NCBI GenBank assembly: GCA_054600435.1
Contig: BAAIJX010000023.1
Location: forward strand, 186,001 to 250,000
Reading direction: 5' to 3'
DNA: 64,000 nt
Origin: Neophaeotheca triangularis
Taxonomy: Eukaryota
In this document: piece by piece, positions 1 to 12,580 of the stretch
How positions within the stretch are numbered: position 1 is the stretch's first letter
Layout of the letters: the number at the start of each line of letters is the position of its first letter
Notes under the pieces: generated by a model
What the model saw: the letters and a program-made list of their open reading frames with translations, nothing else
Databases searched by the model: none
What the model was told of the DNA's origin: nothing
Program-made: the position numbers and the translations under genes

Positions 1-289
1 GTCGCGAGGATGCGTTTGTCTTACAATTGAAGCCAGTCTGTTTGTCAAGCTAGTCTATAATATATTACATGTAAGTTCGTGTCGTGGTAGAAAAAACTAC
101 AGCTAAAGCTATTTTCCCGATTTCAGAAAGAAACAGTCGTTAAAAATCGTGCTTCAGGCGACCTTGCCTCTTGACAAGCAAGTCACACTCGAAGCGCCCA
201 CGGTCTCAAGCAATCAACAGAGCCCGAAAGTCGAGCAAACCCTACTCATCACCGCCACCACCCACCACCACACATTCCCATCCCTTTCT

Positions 290-1077
290 TTACAACAAAA
301 ACGCCGCCAACCCCAAAGCGCCGACGGCCGCAGCTCTTGCACCCCCCTCGACCCTCCCCGCCGCATCCGACTCACTCGCACTCGCGCTCGCCGCAGCCCC
401 CGTAGCACTAACGCCCACAACCTCCGTGGCAGTCGCCAGCGCCGGCGCGGTAGGCCCCGTCTCCGGATCGGCACGCCTGACACCGTCACACTCCAGAATG
501 CAGTCGCGCATGTCATCGTAAGCGTCATCGTCGGTCAAGTCGTCGGGGAAACCGGCTTGGGCGCACTCGCGGGCGCAATTGTAGGATTCGCATGGCAGGG
601 ACTCTGGGGACCAGAAGGGGGCGCCGTCGAGGGCGCGTTCGTAGTCCGAGGGGGTTCCCGTGGTGTTGGTCAGTTGGAATTGAGGGGAGTAGGAGAGGTC
701 CGCCGTTCCGGAGGAGCTGGAGGGGCCGATGGCGATGGAGTAGTAGTCTGCCGAGGGGCCGACCGAGGGGGGGATGCGGATTGTCAGGGGTGAGGAGAGG
801 GTGGTGCCGTTCTCGAGGTAGCCTTGGAAATGGGGTTAGTGGGGGTTTGGCGGTGTGGCGGGTTGGGGTTGAGCTCACAAGTTGGGCCGTTCTCGCCGGT
901 GATAGCTGCCGCGAGATAGACACGGTATTCTTGCGTGTCGGCGCCGGTGAAGGTGACATCGGTTGCCGAGCCGGCGGAGACGTTGGATGCGATTTCAATG
1001 TTGGTGATGTCTGCGGTGGCGTGGGCCGCGAACAAGGTGGCGAGCGCGGCGCTCTTGGTAAGGAATGAGGAGAGCAT
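290..1077 (-). CDS. Secreted, probably GPI-anchored Cys-containing cell-surface protein (exons 1077-879, 822-290)
   Basis: ATG at 1077 gives signal peptide MLSSFLTKSAALATLFAAHATA. A GTGAG..CTAAC..AAG intron (878-823) joins it in frame to CYLENGTTLSSPL...LPCESYNCARECAQ...MRDCILEC, then an Ala/Ser/Thr spacer and a hydrophobic C-terminus (AAAVGALGLAAFLL*) typical of a GPI signal. Confidence 0.8.
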
Positions 1078-2349
1078 GGTTGCGTCTGGGTAGACTGTGG
1101 TAAAAGGTTGTTCGGAAAGTGGTAGTCTGTGGTATAGCGTGAGGGTATGAAGGAATGACGGTATCACGGCGGTTTCAAGAACGATAGGAAAGGATGGTGC
1201 GGAACTACAAACGTTCTGTATGTCTGCAGAAAAAACTTGAAGATGAATAATGTGAAGAGGTGAGGTCTGGCTCTGACCAAGGCATTGGGTCTCGATTGCC
1301 GACCTAGGAAGAAGAGTTTGCTGCCGTCTTTCCGCGCTGCTCGATTGGGACTGGAACTCTCCCACTTCCAATATTATTAATCAGCGCTGCCTCACCTAGC
1401 CCAGGTAGTAAGGGACCTCATGATCAGTGACGGACAGTAACCTTAGGTAAGGTACTGTAGGTAACTTATTCTCCTTTGTCTCCATCATTTGGAACCATCA
1501 GTATTCACAGTACCGTACCTAGTGTCGACTAGTCCATCTCCAAGAGCTTGATGAGCTTCGCCAAAGTCAATGATCGACGGCCCCAGGCTGTCATGTTTGA
1601 AGATCATGCAGAGACCCGCAACACCCACAACTATACATAATTTCCCCGACAGACTTCATCCTTGATCTTACAATTCTGCATCTGAGACCACTTTGGGAAG
1701 GCTACTTCCGTCGAATCAAGTAGACACAAGCCACCTTTTCTGACGCTGTCCACCCGCCCAAGGAGTGCTTGCTCGACGAACAACGGCGATACAACCTCGG
1801 ATGAGATAGCGTTGTCGTCTGGCCACCAACCGACCAAGGCCAATGTTCTTCTTCTGGTCTGCCCGGCTCGACACTATGCGGACACTGTTGGCATGTGCGG
1901 CAAAGTAGGCCCCGTTGCCTTCAAGCTTACCTTCAAAGCGGTGCTGAAGCTCGCTTAAAGTGTCAGCCCAAAGTACCAATGTACAACTATAGTGAGCTAT
2001 GGTCTACGTACTCCGAATCGCTGGCATGAGTGCCGAGGAATTTTTCTTACAGGTCGGGGTCTTCTGACCGTCAGGTGGCTTTGATCTGCTGGCGTCTTGC
2101 CTCAACGCTGTCAACTGAAGCTGCCCGAACTTCGTGCCCAATATAGGCAGCGGATGGATAGGGATTGGGGTTTGCAGCCCAACAACAAGAATAGTCACAC
2201 GTAGACCGGTCCTGAAAGCCCGGCCGGGTCGGTGCATGTTGCATGTCCCTATAAGAGTCGAGGCACTGCTTCTTGTATCGTATGACACACTGGAAACCAC
2301 CACTGACAGCTTCGACAGCGCCCACTTCACCACCTCATTTGACAACCAC

Positions 2350-3861
2350 ATGGCAACTCGCATACGTCGCGTCTATAGTGACCCATATGTCCGCATAGCG
2401 CCACTTGGGGGTGGTTCGTACGGGCAGGTCGATCTGGTCCGGGATCCTTCCACTGACATCAAATATGCCCGTAAAACGCTAAATGTGGCCATGGACAGCG
2501 ATGCAGCTACAGAAGCACCAAAAGCGCTTGCGAACGAAATCAGCGCGATGCAACGGCTTCGCCACCATCACATTCCCGTTGTTCTTGATGCGTACATTCT
2601 CCAAGCTCCAGGTGCGATTTCAGTCGACTATGCATTCGTGATGGAGCAGGTTGCCCAAAAGGATTTGCAGTACGCCCTCTATAGGGAGAATGCGAAGGGA
2701 AGCGCCGTCCTAAAAAGAGCCTTCGGGTGTCTTGCCGCCACCGTCGCTCATTTGCACCATTCAACTCAATTCGTGAGGCACAAAGACATCCATCCCGGAA
2801 ACATCCTACTTTACGACGACCGAGTGCTCTTAACCGACTTTGGTCTGGCTCACGATGCATTTACACTTGGCATGAAGAGCATGTCAACGAATGCCAACCA
2901 GCACGGCAGCCCACGGTATTGGCCACCGGAGAACGAGAACCCAAGAGCCAAGCACAGTGCGAAAGGCGACATTTTTGCCCTAGGGTGCGTCTTCCTTGAG
3001 ATTTTAGTCAAGCTCTACGGTTTTGCTTTTGACTTGCGCCCGCAGAATGTGCCGAAATTCCACCAATGTACGGCCATGCTTCGAAGTTTCCTTCAAACGC
3101 AACAGGCTGCGGCGACTGGCTCAGACTCCACACTGTCCGTTTTGTTGGACCTCTGCTCAGATATGATTAGCTCCGACCATAAACGCAGACCAACCGCGGC
3201 GGAGGTGGAATCAAGGATCCGTGCCGTTCCAGAACGCGCGGGCTTGTTTTGCAAGGCGTGCCTCCAGCGTAGGCGATCTTCCAGGACTGTAGAGCTTCCT
3301 TCTGACAATGAGGACTGTGATAGCAGTGAAGGCTACGAAAACGTTGGATTATCGCGTGCTTCGACTTTGAGGGGCCCGCAAACCTCCGCCACGGCGCGGA
3401 GAGCACCGCAGATTGACCAATGGCCGCCTCTCCAGACGGCCCTACCGCTTCTGGGTAGGGACCCAAGGCACTCAACCAGAAGGCCCATCGCGGACGCTCC
3501 CTTGCCTCAGCAGAGCCAGCAGCGAACCAATGCTCGCCGGGACTTATCATCTTCAATTCAGGCCACCTCCCAACCGGGACCAACAGTGCAAGCTGCTCAT
3601 TCTACTCAGAGTTTGACTAGAATGCTAGTTACATGGGAAGCTCTACGATGCGACCCGAGATACCAACCTCTTGCAGCCCGGTACACTAGCAAGCCTGATT
3701 CGTTTGAGACCGATCGACAAGGCTTGTACTGGTACTTAGACCATGCGCGCGGACGGACCAGTCTCCCTCGAGGGATTGCTGGTCGTCAACCCTATCGTCA
3801 ACAAGCGGAAGACGGATCTGATGACGACGAGAGCGAGAATGAGTCGGAATCCGATCATTGA
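2350..3861 (+). CDS. Ser/Thr protein kinase-like protein with disordered C-terminal tail
   Basis: Intronless ORF with LGGGSYGQV glycine loop, YARK lysine, NE helix-C glutamate, HKDIHPGN catalytic loop, DFG, YWPPE and DIFALG. Start is uncertain: ATG 2350, with another in-frame ATG at 2236. Confidence 0.85.
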   Translation: MATRIRRVYSDPYVRIAPLGGGSYGQVDLVRDPSTDIKYARKTLNVAMDSDAATEAPKALANEISAMQRLRHHHIPVVLDAYILQAPGAISVDYAFVMEQVAQKDLQYALYRENAKGSAVLKRAFGCLAATVAHLHHSTQFVRHKDIHPGNILLYDDRVLLTDFGLAHDAFTLGMKSMSTNANQHGSPRYWPPENENPRAKHSAKGDIFALGCVFLEILVKLYGFAFDLRPQNVPKFHQCTAMLRSFLQTQQAAATGSDSTLSVLLDLCSDMISSDHKRRPTAAEVESRIRAVPERAGLFCKACLQRRRSSRTVELPSDNEDCDSSEGYENVGLSRASTLRGPQTSATARRAPQIDQWPPLQTALPLLGRDPRHSTRRPIADAPLPQQSQQRTNARRDLSSSIQATSQPGPTVQAAHSTQSLTRMLVTWEALRCDPRYQPLAARYTSKPDSFETDRQGLYWYLDHARGRTSLPRGIAGRQPYRQQAEDGSDDDESENESESDH

Positions 3862-4331
3862 TCATTTGCCACCACTTCGGTCGCTTGCTTGGCGTGACTC
3901 TGTTGCGAAGGGCGACATGAATGATCTTGCGTCCGACTGCGACGGTGTCCTCCATGATTGACACATTCTCCTTCTTCAATATCTACATTAATTCCTGACT
4001 TTGCCTAATGCAGCTGTGTTGAAGTTGCGTGTTGCAGCTTGCGCCATTAACGGATAGTTGGGAGCAAATCCATTTATATGCGAGGATCAACAAGCTCACT
4101 GCATCGCCATCTAGGTATTTATACGCCGCTGTATGCAATCGACACGCCATCCATCACCTCATTGTATTATTTGGACGAGTTCTCCATTCTCAACCAATCA
4201 CAGTCCACGCCCTAGACCTCGGTTATGCTTATCCGAACTCCTCTCGTAGAGAAGCTATCGTGTCGCACGACTTCAACAGGAAGGCATCGTCCACCTTTCC
4301 ATCCGTGATATAGACGCAAATTCGATCCATC

Positions 4332-5495
4332 ATGAGCCAAACAGAAGAACTTCCTCCCCTGCCATTGCCGGAAGGCATCACAGAGAAATACGTTGACTGC
4401 TCTTCATCATGCGGCCTGAACTTCCACATCTTGACTGCCGGTGAGCCAGGAAACCCCTTGATCCTCTTCTGCCATGGATATCCCGAGCTCGCCTTCTCCT
4501 GGCGCAAGATTCTGCCTTCAATTGCCAAATCAGGCTACTACTGCGTAGCCATGGACCAACGTGGCTATGGACGCACTACCGGCTGGCCGAAACAACCTTT
4601 CCACGAAGTAGACCTACTGCAATACACCTTGACAAACCTCGTCCGAGACCTCGTCTGCCTAGTCTACAACCTTGGCTACACCTCCGTCTACTGCATCGTC
4701 GGCCATGACTTCGGCGCCGTCTCTTCCGCCACGGCCGCCCTAATGCGTCCGGACATGTTTAAAGCAACCGTGCAAATGAGCCACCCACACCACGCCCCCG
4801 AAACCCCAGCCTCCAACAACGAACCCAGAAAACGCAAGCGCGACATCCAAACCGAGCTCGCCAACCTCTCCCCGCCACGCAAGCACTACAAATGGTACAA
4901 CTCAACACCCCCCGCGGCTTACGACTGGGACAACCCGCCGCAAAACCTCACCAACTTCCTCCGCGGCTACTTCCACCTCAAATCCGGCGACTGGCAGCAC
5001 AACAAACCCCGTCCGCTGACCGAATGGAGCGGCAAGCAACTCGAGCAAATGCCCGAATACTACATCATGCCCCTCGCCTCCACAATGCCGGAAGTCGTCC
5101 AGACCAAAATGGCCACCGAAGACGCGACCAAAACTCACCCCTGGCTCTCCGAGTCCGACCTCGCAGTCTACGTCCAAGAATGGTCACGCACGGGTTTCCA
5201 AGGCGCACTGAACTGGTATCGCGCGCGCACTGTCTCGCAACCGCCCGAAGTCGTCAGGGACTTGCTGCTGTTCGCTGGCAGGAGGTTAGAAGTCCCCGTC
5301 GTCTTCATCAGCGGGAGTAGAGATTGGGGGAATTTCCAGCAGCCTGGGGCGTTGGAGGGGTATGAGGGTGACAAGGTCGTGGCGCCGGGGTGCTTCAGGG
5401 GCGTGAAGATGGTCGAGGGCGCAGGGCATTGGGTGCAGCAGGAGAAACCGGGGGAGGTCGTTGCTGAGCTCTTGGGATTTTTGAAAGGGCTGTAG
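4332..5495 (+). CDS. Alpha/beta hydrolase, soluble epoxide hydrolase-like
   Basis: HGYPELAFSWR oxyanion motif, DQRGYG, GHDFG nucleophile elbow, ALNWYR, and GAGHWVQQEKP catalytic His. Confidence 0.93.
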   Translation: MSQTEELPPLPLPEGITEKYVDCSSSCGLNFHILTAGEPGNPLILFCHGYPELAFSWRKILPSIAKSGYYCVAMDQRGYGRTTGWPKQPFHEVDLLQYTLTNLVRDLVCLVYNLGYTSVYCIVGHDFGAVSSATAALMRPDMFKATVQMSHPHHAPETPASNNEPRKRKRDIQTELANLSPPRKHYKWYNSTPPAAYDWDNPPQNLTNFLRGYFHLKSGDWQHNKPRPLTEWSGKQLEQMPEYYIMPLASTMPEVVQTKMATEDATKTHPWLSESDLAVYVQEWSRTGFQGALNWYRARTVSQPPEVVRDLLLFAGRRLEVPVVFISGSRDWGNFQQPGALEGYEGDKVVAPGCFRGVKMVEGAGHWVQQEKPGEVVAELLGFLKGL

Positions 5496-6079
5496 CATAT
5501 GAATTAGGCCATGTAGGAAGATATCAATCTTTCCAACGGTGAGGGCTGTGTTTGATGGTAAGTTGGTTATATGCACGCCACTCTCCAATAGACTCCAACT
5601 TAAACTCTCTCCTACCTGTTTATCTCATATCATCTTACTCTACCTCCCACTTTGCTATTCCCGTACAAGAAAAAGAAAAGTACCTACCTAACCGATTCAT
5701 GTATCTCCAATTCCCTTGACAAGCAATCTTGGAAAAGCCAGAAGCGCATACCTTATCCTACCTTACCCATCCTTCCACTACAATCGAGTGACAACATAAC
5801 CTTGAAAAACAAGTCCTATATCCGTTTTTTCTTCTTCCTTCTAACAAACCGCTCCAGGAGGGCGCAAGATAACCACAACAACCCCCCAGCCAGGCTAACA
5901 CGGGTGTCGGGGGGGGGAGCGAAAAAAGAGAGAACGCCACCAACACCAAACAAAGAGCCAGCCAGCCCTTTCACCCAGCAGAACCCAGCAACCAACAGTG
6001 AGAGCAAGCCACGCGGACGGAATCTTCATCAGCCTTCTGAAACCCCCCAATCTTTCCCAAATCCTGTTTCTCTGGAAGC

Positions 6080-9038
6080 TTACGCAACACCCCCGACAAC
6101 AAGCCCACTCAATCCTTGCTCCTCACTCCTGACGACAATCTTGACAGTGACGCCGCTCTTGGCCGACCACGCCATGCGCACCAGCCCGGCAACCTTGCCG
6201 CCGCTCAAACTCTTGCCGTACAACCTGAGCTGATGCGTGCTTTGGCTGAGCGCGACATCGCTACCCTCCAGCGGCTGCATCCCCAAAGCCTTGACAAGCA
6301 ACTCGACAGCTTCGGCGATACTCTTGGCATTGCCCAGAGCGAGAGTTTCTTCCGATTCATCGCCGTTGTCGAGAGTGGTCCAGATGTTATCGAAGCTGCC
6401 GGCGAAAGCGGGCAAGACGTAGTCGGCGCCCGCGAGCTCGAGGTCGTCGACTTGGTATTCGTCGTCGTAGCCGCCATCTTCGGGCTCTTGGGTCGTGGGG
6501 TCGATTTCCTTGAGAGTGAACTTGAGGACGTTGGTGAAGGAGGCTGAGGGGAAGGGATGGTCTTCGGGGCGGGTGAAGGAGACGTAGACGGTGCCGGGTT
6601 CGTCGGTTCTGAGGGCCGAAACGGGGATGATAAAGTCTTCGGTGAGGGGGGATTCGGCGTCTTCGTCGTCTGGGGAGGAGGGAGTGCAGACGACGGAGAC
6701 GTCGGAGAGGACGTAGTCGGCGAGGGTGTTTTTAATGTCGAATTGCAGCACCAAATGGGAGGGGTAGAGGTGTTTGATGCAGGTGACGACGTATTCTGCT
6801 TCGGATTCGGTGAGGTCGACGACGGGGGAGGAGCGTTGGAGGGCGCCGTAAGCTTTGAATTCGGGAATGGCGGAGAGTTGTTGAGCGTAGCGTTGGTTGG
6901 TCGCGGCAGTGTTGGCGGCGGCTTCGGCGGCTGAGGTGGCTTGGGGCTTTTTGGGACCGACCGATGGTGCTTTGAGAGTGGGTGTAGCGGTTGTGAGTTT
7001 CTTGGTGCGGTCTTCGGCGAGAGATTGCTCGCGAGTAACGACAGGAACGCTGGAAAAGTCAAAAGGCTCGGCGAATGCTTCTGCTGAGCCACCGTTGACA
7101 TAGTGTGCGAGTTGGTCTTCGAGGGTAGGGAGGGAGAACATGGAGTCTGCGCAAGGCATGTTAGTACATCGCCCAGCTTCCCCTGGCAGGATCAAACACT
7201 CACCATTGCGAACAAATTTGGACGCCATATCGTCATCCTCCTTCATGAGCCTCAAGTTCAGCGCAGCTCGATCCCTCACCTCATCATCAGTGTCGTCCAA
7301 ACATCTCGTAAGCAGCACGTTTACACTCCTCTTGACATCAGCATCTTTCTGGCCAACACCGAACTTTGCCAACGCAGTCACGGCCGCAGCCCTGACAATC
7401 GCATTCTCAAGCACCACACGGTTGTAAATGTACCGAATGTACTTTGTCGGCTGCGCGGTCCTCGGGCCCTCCATACCCAACAAGTGCAATATCCGAACAG
7501 CAAGCTTGGTGAATTCGCAGTCTTCGATGAACTCGCAGAGGTGAGCGAGAGCGTCTTCCTTTGATTCCGGTACAAACTTGATAAGATCAAACATGCTCTC
7601 CACGACTGCACGCTTAAATTCGTAGCCACCCTCGTCGCGGAGAATTCCGGAAAGGAAGGCGAGCATACCAGCTTGCTTGGAAGGGAATTTAAGGCAGAGT
7701 GTTCGAATAGCCTCGACAATGGTGACCTTGAATTCATCCGTAATCTCAGACATGAAGGAAGAGATTTGCTTCATCAACCTGTCGACGCTCGATTCGTTAC
7801 CAGTCTTGAGGAGTGTCGTAATGGCAAAGGTAGCTATGCTGCGGTTGGTGTTGGAGATGAGAGACTCGATATCCGGGTTGCATTGCCTAACTGCATCCGG
7901 TTTGAAGGAAGCAAAGGAGTGCAGGATGCGAATAGCGGAGAACTTGGTGACTGCGCGTGGAGAAGTGAGAAAGAGCTGGAGGACGTGGATGGCCTGGCCA
8001 ACCTCAGCATCCGTAAGATCGGGCATCTCGCAGATAGCCTTGGCGGCTTCAAAGTTGACCATCTCGCTCTTGTCCCGAAGCCACTCGTCGAGAAGTTTCA
8101 TCATCGGTTTCCGCAGGCTAGGGTCGTCCTCGGCAAGTTTGGCGGCCAAACGTACCAGCATAACTCTCGCAGCAGGCGACTTGACGGCGCCCTGGGCGGA
8201 ATATTGCTGCACCATCTTGACCAGAGCCATCCGGTCGTGTGATCGCATTTGATAAAGCAGACCAATGGCATGGTATTGTGTCATAAAGTTGGTACTCTGG
8301 GTAGCCATTTGGGAGCCACCACCACCGAAACCCAGGGAGAATCCAGACGATTTGCCCGATGAGGCTGCTTCTTGTGTTTCGCTCTGCCATCTTCGGACAA
8401 TATCCTTGGCAATAGGTAGGAGGTGGTAGGAGGAGACGAGAGCAGCCGAGGATACGGAAGGGGTCTTGTCGACGATTGCGGTTTTCAGGTTTCGCTCAAT
8501 GGCTTGCACGGTGGAAGCCTATTCCCTCTGTCAGCAACTCCAACTATTCCAGATTCTGTCTGCGTGTCCACTCACGTCAATAATGCGGCATAACGCCCGT
8601 ATCGCATTCGCCCGGTAAACGACATCACTCCCCACGGCGGCCGTATCCTTCATAATACTGCTGGTAACCATGATGACATCCTCTGCCGTGTCCGCCAACT
8701 CCTTGATCACCAAATACACCATCTGTCGGAGAGAGGCATCCTTATTTTGGAAGAGCTTTGAAATGCCAAAGAAGAGCGAGGTGGCCTCGTTGGTGGGGAA
8801 TTTCTCGCCGGTGAAGAGGAGGAGGGCGATTTTGGTTAGAAGGATGCGACATCTTCGTGGTGAGACGGGTGAGGTGTTGAAGACGCGTGCTGGTGAGTGA
8901 AGCCGCAATTGTTAGCTGGCTTTAACTATACGGATGGGGGAGATGTTTATTGGGGATAGGAGTGGTACCTTCTTGGAAGACGGAGGTACGGTCGACTTTG
9001 ACAATGGCATTGTCGTCCTCGTCCTTTTTGTAACTCAT
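6080..9038 (-). CDS. SEC21: Coatomer (COPI) subunit gamma (exons 9038-8969, 8889-8576, 8518-7204, 7146-6080)
   Basis: Spliced N-terminus MSYKKDEDDNAIVKVDRTSVFQEARVFN; FIEDCEF, YIRYIYNRVVLEN, DEVRDRA and LTESEAEYVV appendage motifs; canonical splice sites preserve frame. Confidence 0.97.
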
Positions 9039-9333
9039 TTTGCCGGTTTAGGGAGAGGAAGGAGGGTTGCTGTCGGAGGAGGAGTGTGTACTGTAGCTCT
9101 TGGTAGGGTATGCAGTTGTATGCCGTCGGTGTCGTCTCACCACCTGGCCGATGCCAAGAGTCGCGACCAATGACGAAGCTTGCTTCCTCCTACTATTAAA
9201 TTCCTACAAGAACAACTAGAGGACTCGAACCATTACAACCGCAACTACGACACAACTGATTGAATCACGGAAGGGAAATTGATCCACCCAGCAAATCGCA
9301 TCAAGATCCAAAACCCAACCTTGCCCCAAAAAA
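9039..9333. promoter_or_regulatory. Short bidirectional promoter between SEC21 and PLP2
   Basis: Head-to-head start codons only 295 bp apart. Confidence 0.6.
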
Positions 9334-10170
9334 ATGGACCCCACTGGCATGATGAACAGCAACATGCCCGTCAACGTGCCCGTCGACGACCCAAACGCCG
9401 ACACAGAATGGAACGACATCCTACGCAAACACGGCGTGATACCGGAAAAACCGCCCTCGCCCACCCCCCAAATCGAAGAAGCGCTAACCCAAGCGCGCGA
9501 GCTGGCTCACGAACACCGACTCGAGGGCAAAGACCTCGACGAGCTGGACGAACTTGAAGATCTCGAAGACGAAACTTTTTTGGACAGCTACCGGCAAAAG
9601 CGACTGGGAGAGTTGAGCGAGTTGAACAAGGCTAGTGTTTATAATCAGGTCTATCCTGTGCAGAAAGCGGAGTACTCGAGGGAAGTTACGGAGGCTTCGC
9701 AAAAGGCGTGGGTTTTGGTGTTGTTGACGAGTTCGACGGGGATGAATACGGAGAGTCAGGTTTTGGAGCAGGTGTGGCGGGAGATGGCGGGCAAGTATGG
9801 GGATGTTAAGTTTTGCCAGATGAGAGCTGGGTTGTGTATTGAAGGGTATCCTGATAAGAATACGCCGACGGTGTTGTGTTATCGTGAAGGGGATATTAGG
9901 AGGCAGATTGTCACGCTTGCGGAGTTGAATGGAGTTAGGACGGGGGTTGAGGGTGAGTTTTGCATTGTGTTTGTGGGTATGTGTGTTGTTGCTAATTGGT
10001 GAAATACAGATGTCGAGAAGGTCCTACTTGGGTTGGGAGCAATCCAGCATAGCGACATGCGATTGAAACGTAGGAACTCGGACGAAGATGGCGAAACCAA
10101 CGGGCGAAGCATCCGCGACAGCTCTCGTAAACAAGCAACTGTGGACAGTGACGATAGTGATTTCGATTGA
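9334..10170 (+). CDS. PLP2: Phosducin-like protein (PLP2/PDCL3 family) (exons 9334-9952, 10010-10170)
   Basis: DTEWNDILRKHGVIPEKPPSP, YRQKRLGEL and CIEGYPDKNTPT motifs. A GTGAG..GCTAAT..CAG intron gives C-terminus DVEKVLLGLGAI...DSDDSDFD*. Confidence 0.92.
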
Positions 10171-11516
10171 AAATCGGAATTAGTCTAGACGAAGCGAAGC
10201 GCAAAGAAGCCGCAGCGATACACAACCCTCCCTCAGCACCGGGCATTGCAAACTGCATTCTCCAGAATCCCGCATCCCCGACTCGATGGGTATTTCCCTT
10301 TTACGGCGATCTGATCGACACGCCACCGCGCTCCACCTGTTCTCTAAGATACGAGACAAGGCGACAATTTCTCAACAAACTCACCCAAAAACCGTAAAAC
10401 CTCCGCCGCTTGAAGAGCATCCTAGAGAGGAGCTCCCGATCTCCGCCCCTAAAGATTTAGCATTGTCGCCGACCAAGCGTCCACCTCAAGCCCAGAAAGG
10501 GTTCAAGAGGCTTGAGACATGCCCCGAGCGCCTGGAAGGTAGATCACGCAAGCCCACTGCTACAAAATACATGTACAGATCCGAATCATCAAAAGCCACT
10601 GTTGCGGCATCTTCCTACTGCTAGGCTGGCGGCAGCTTGATTTAAAACCGGAATGCGGGACGTCTTCCGACCTTTTGGGTTTCTGGCTGCGATGGAGGCT
10701 TGTGGGCTTGTAGATCAATTGACCGTTGGGACTGTGTGAGAGCTTTGCTTTGGATTAGGAGGCGTAGTGCAGTTGTGACAGATGTGATGCTGTGACAGTC
10801 TGAGGCTTGGATGTTTTCCAAATATTCCCGTCGGGTTGACTTCCAAGGTGGATGGTCAAGAAAGGCTGAGAGCGGTCTGCTGTTGTAGTGGGAGAAGCAA
10901 AGCACGCTACCTTGCTACGCGATGGATATGAAGAAACCGGGCTTCCAATCCCCCCCTGTCTTTCAAGTGAAATCGCCGTAAGAGGTAGTCATGTCTCGCC
11001 AGGGTTTCGATCGGCTCGATGCCCAGCAGCACGGAGCGGGCGTGTTGTACGTACTAGGTACTGTAGTACTACTAGTAACTTATGTACGTTTGAATTATTA
11101 GACTAGGAGAAAAGGCAAGTTCCGTTTACGAGAGAGGAAGAATAAAGTTAGGTAGGTTGGCAGCGCACGTGTCTTGCCCGGCCGGTTTTTCCTTTTCGGC
11201 GGACCGGCGCATCCGCTTTCCAACGTTCTCCTAACGTTACCGGGTAGTATATAGTACAGCAAGACGAGTCTAGAACGGCATGACAAGACCAAGACAATAA
11301 TAATGAAATGACAATGGAAGCGAGGAATCCACCACCGCCGTCGCCGACGCCAAACCCGCCAGGCTCTCGAGAATCAAGACTTCGCAGCCATGGCGCATTC
11401 ATGGCGCTGAGTCGAGTCGTTAAGGTATTGGATTTATTAGACGAGAGCGACGAGTTCTCCCCTTCCATCGATCGATCGCAAGCAGGGCACTAGGGAGTCG
11501 CGGCCACCAACCAACA

Positions 11517-11576
11517 GATACGTAAGATATGTACATGTATATATGTGTATATACTTATATATACATACTTATATTT
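11517..11576. repeat. Imperfect (TA)n/(TATG) microsatellite
   Basis: atatgtacatgtatatatgtgtatatacttatatatacatacttatatt is read directly from the sequence. Confidence 0.7.
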
Positions 11577-12028
11577 GTAGGTCATGAGTAGGTACCGTAG
11601 GTGTGTGTCGATGGTATGTATATAGGCGGATCCTCTGGTGCACCCGGACCGTTTTTTTTTCCCCTTTTGCTTCGATACTTGATACTACTGTTTGTCCACG
11701 TCCCCGTTCTAACTTCTGCTGGTCCCCGATTGCGAAAGCTCTGGAAGGTAGCTCGAGTGGGTTCCGTCTGCCACGAGGTTCCGGTCTTGCATACTTGCTA
11801 CGTACGTCGTACCTGCTGGTTCTGAGAGTGGCATCATACTACGCTATCGTCGACATATACGTTAAGAGTGGCAAAAGCAATAAATACATCCTAAGCCTTG
11901 CTGTTCGCCCAACGTCTGGAAGCAACCGATTCATTCCAATCTATCATATCCAGACCAAATATCCAAACCCAAACCACCCTCCCACGACCTGCTGCTACCC
12001 CGAACCCACCAACCCAGGACCAAACACC

Positions 12029-12580
12029 ATGGCCACCCTCTCCCCCAGGCCAAGCCCCCAACCCATCGCCATCCCCCTCCGCCACAGCCAAACCCCAGCA
12101 ACCAACCCATCAAGCCCAACCACAGCAACCTCAATCCCAACCCCTCCCTCCCTAACCCCACCGCCCTCAACCCCCACAGCCGCAACAACCCCACTCCCCC
12201 CACCGCCAAAACCCACAACAACAACCGCAACCCCAACACCACCACCACCGCTACCCCCCTGCCGCGCCCTCTCCCCAGAAAGCAACGCCTACGCACCCAT
12301 AGCCGCGGGCTTCGCTAGTCTCGGGCGATCGCTCTACCAATCGCAACAAAAACAACAACAGTCACAAAAACTACTACAACCACAACAACAACCCCACCAA
12401 AGCCACGAAACCAGCCCTCCCCTTCCCAAACCCCTCCACGCGGCGCCGAGGAGCGGGGCAGAGGTCGAGGCAGGAGAAGTGGGGCTCAGCACTGCAGCGC
12501 CGGCCGGGCCCCTCTTTGGAAGAGCCGAGGGGGTTAGTAGTCTTGACTTGAGCTTGAGGATGCTCGGGGGGGGTGCTTGA
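12029..12580 (+). CDS. Possible Pro/Thr/Gln-rich low-complexity hypothetical protein
   Basis: ATG in strong context (acaccATGG) opens 183 codons (MATLSPRPSPQPIAIP...). No recognisable domain, and it may be a by-product of base skew. Confidence 0.35.
   Translation: MATLSPRPSPQPIAIPLRHSQTPATNPSSPTTATSIPTPPSLTPPPSTPTAATTPLPPPPKPTTTTATPTPPPPLPPCRALSPESNAYAPIAAGFASLGRSLYQSQQKQQQSQKLLQPQQQPHQSHETSPPLPKPLHAAPRSGAEVEAGEVGLSTAAPAGPLFGRAEGVSSLDLSLRMLGGGA

Noticed and set aside
1600..2330. Short - strand ORFs upstream of the kinase
   Set aside because: No recognisable domain or splice-consistent model.
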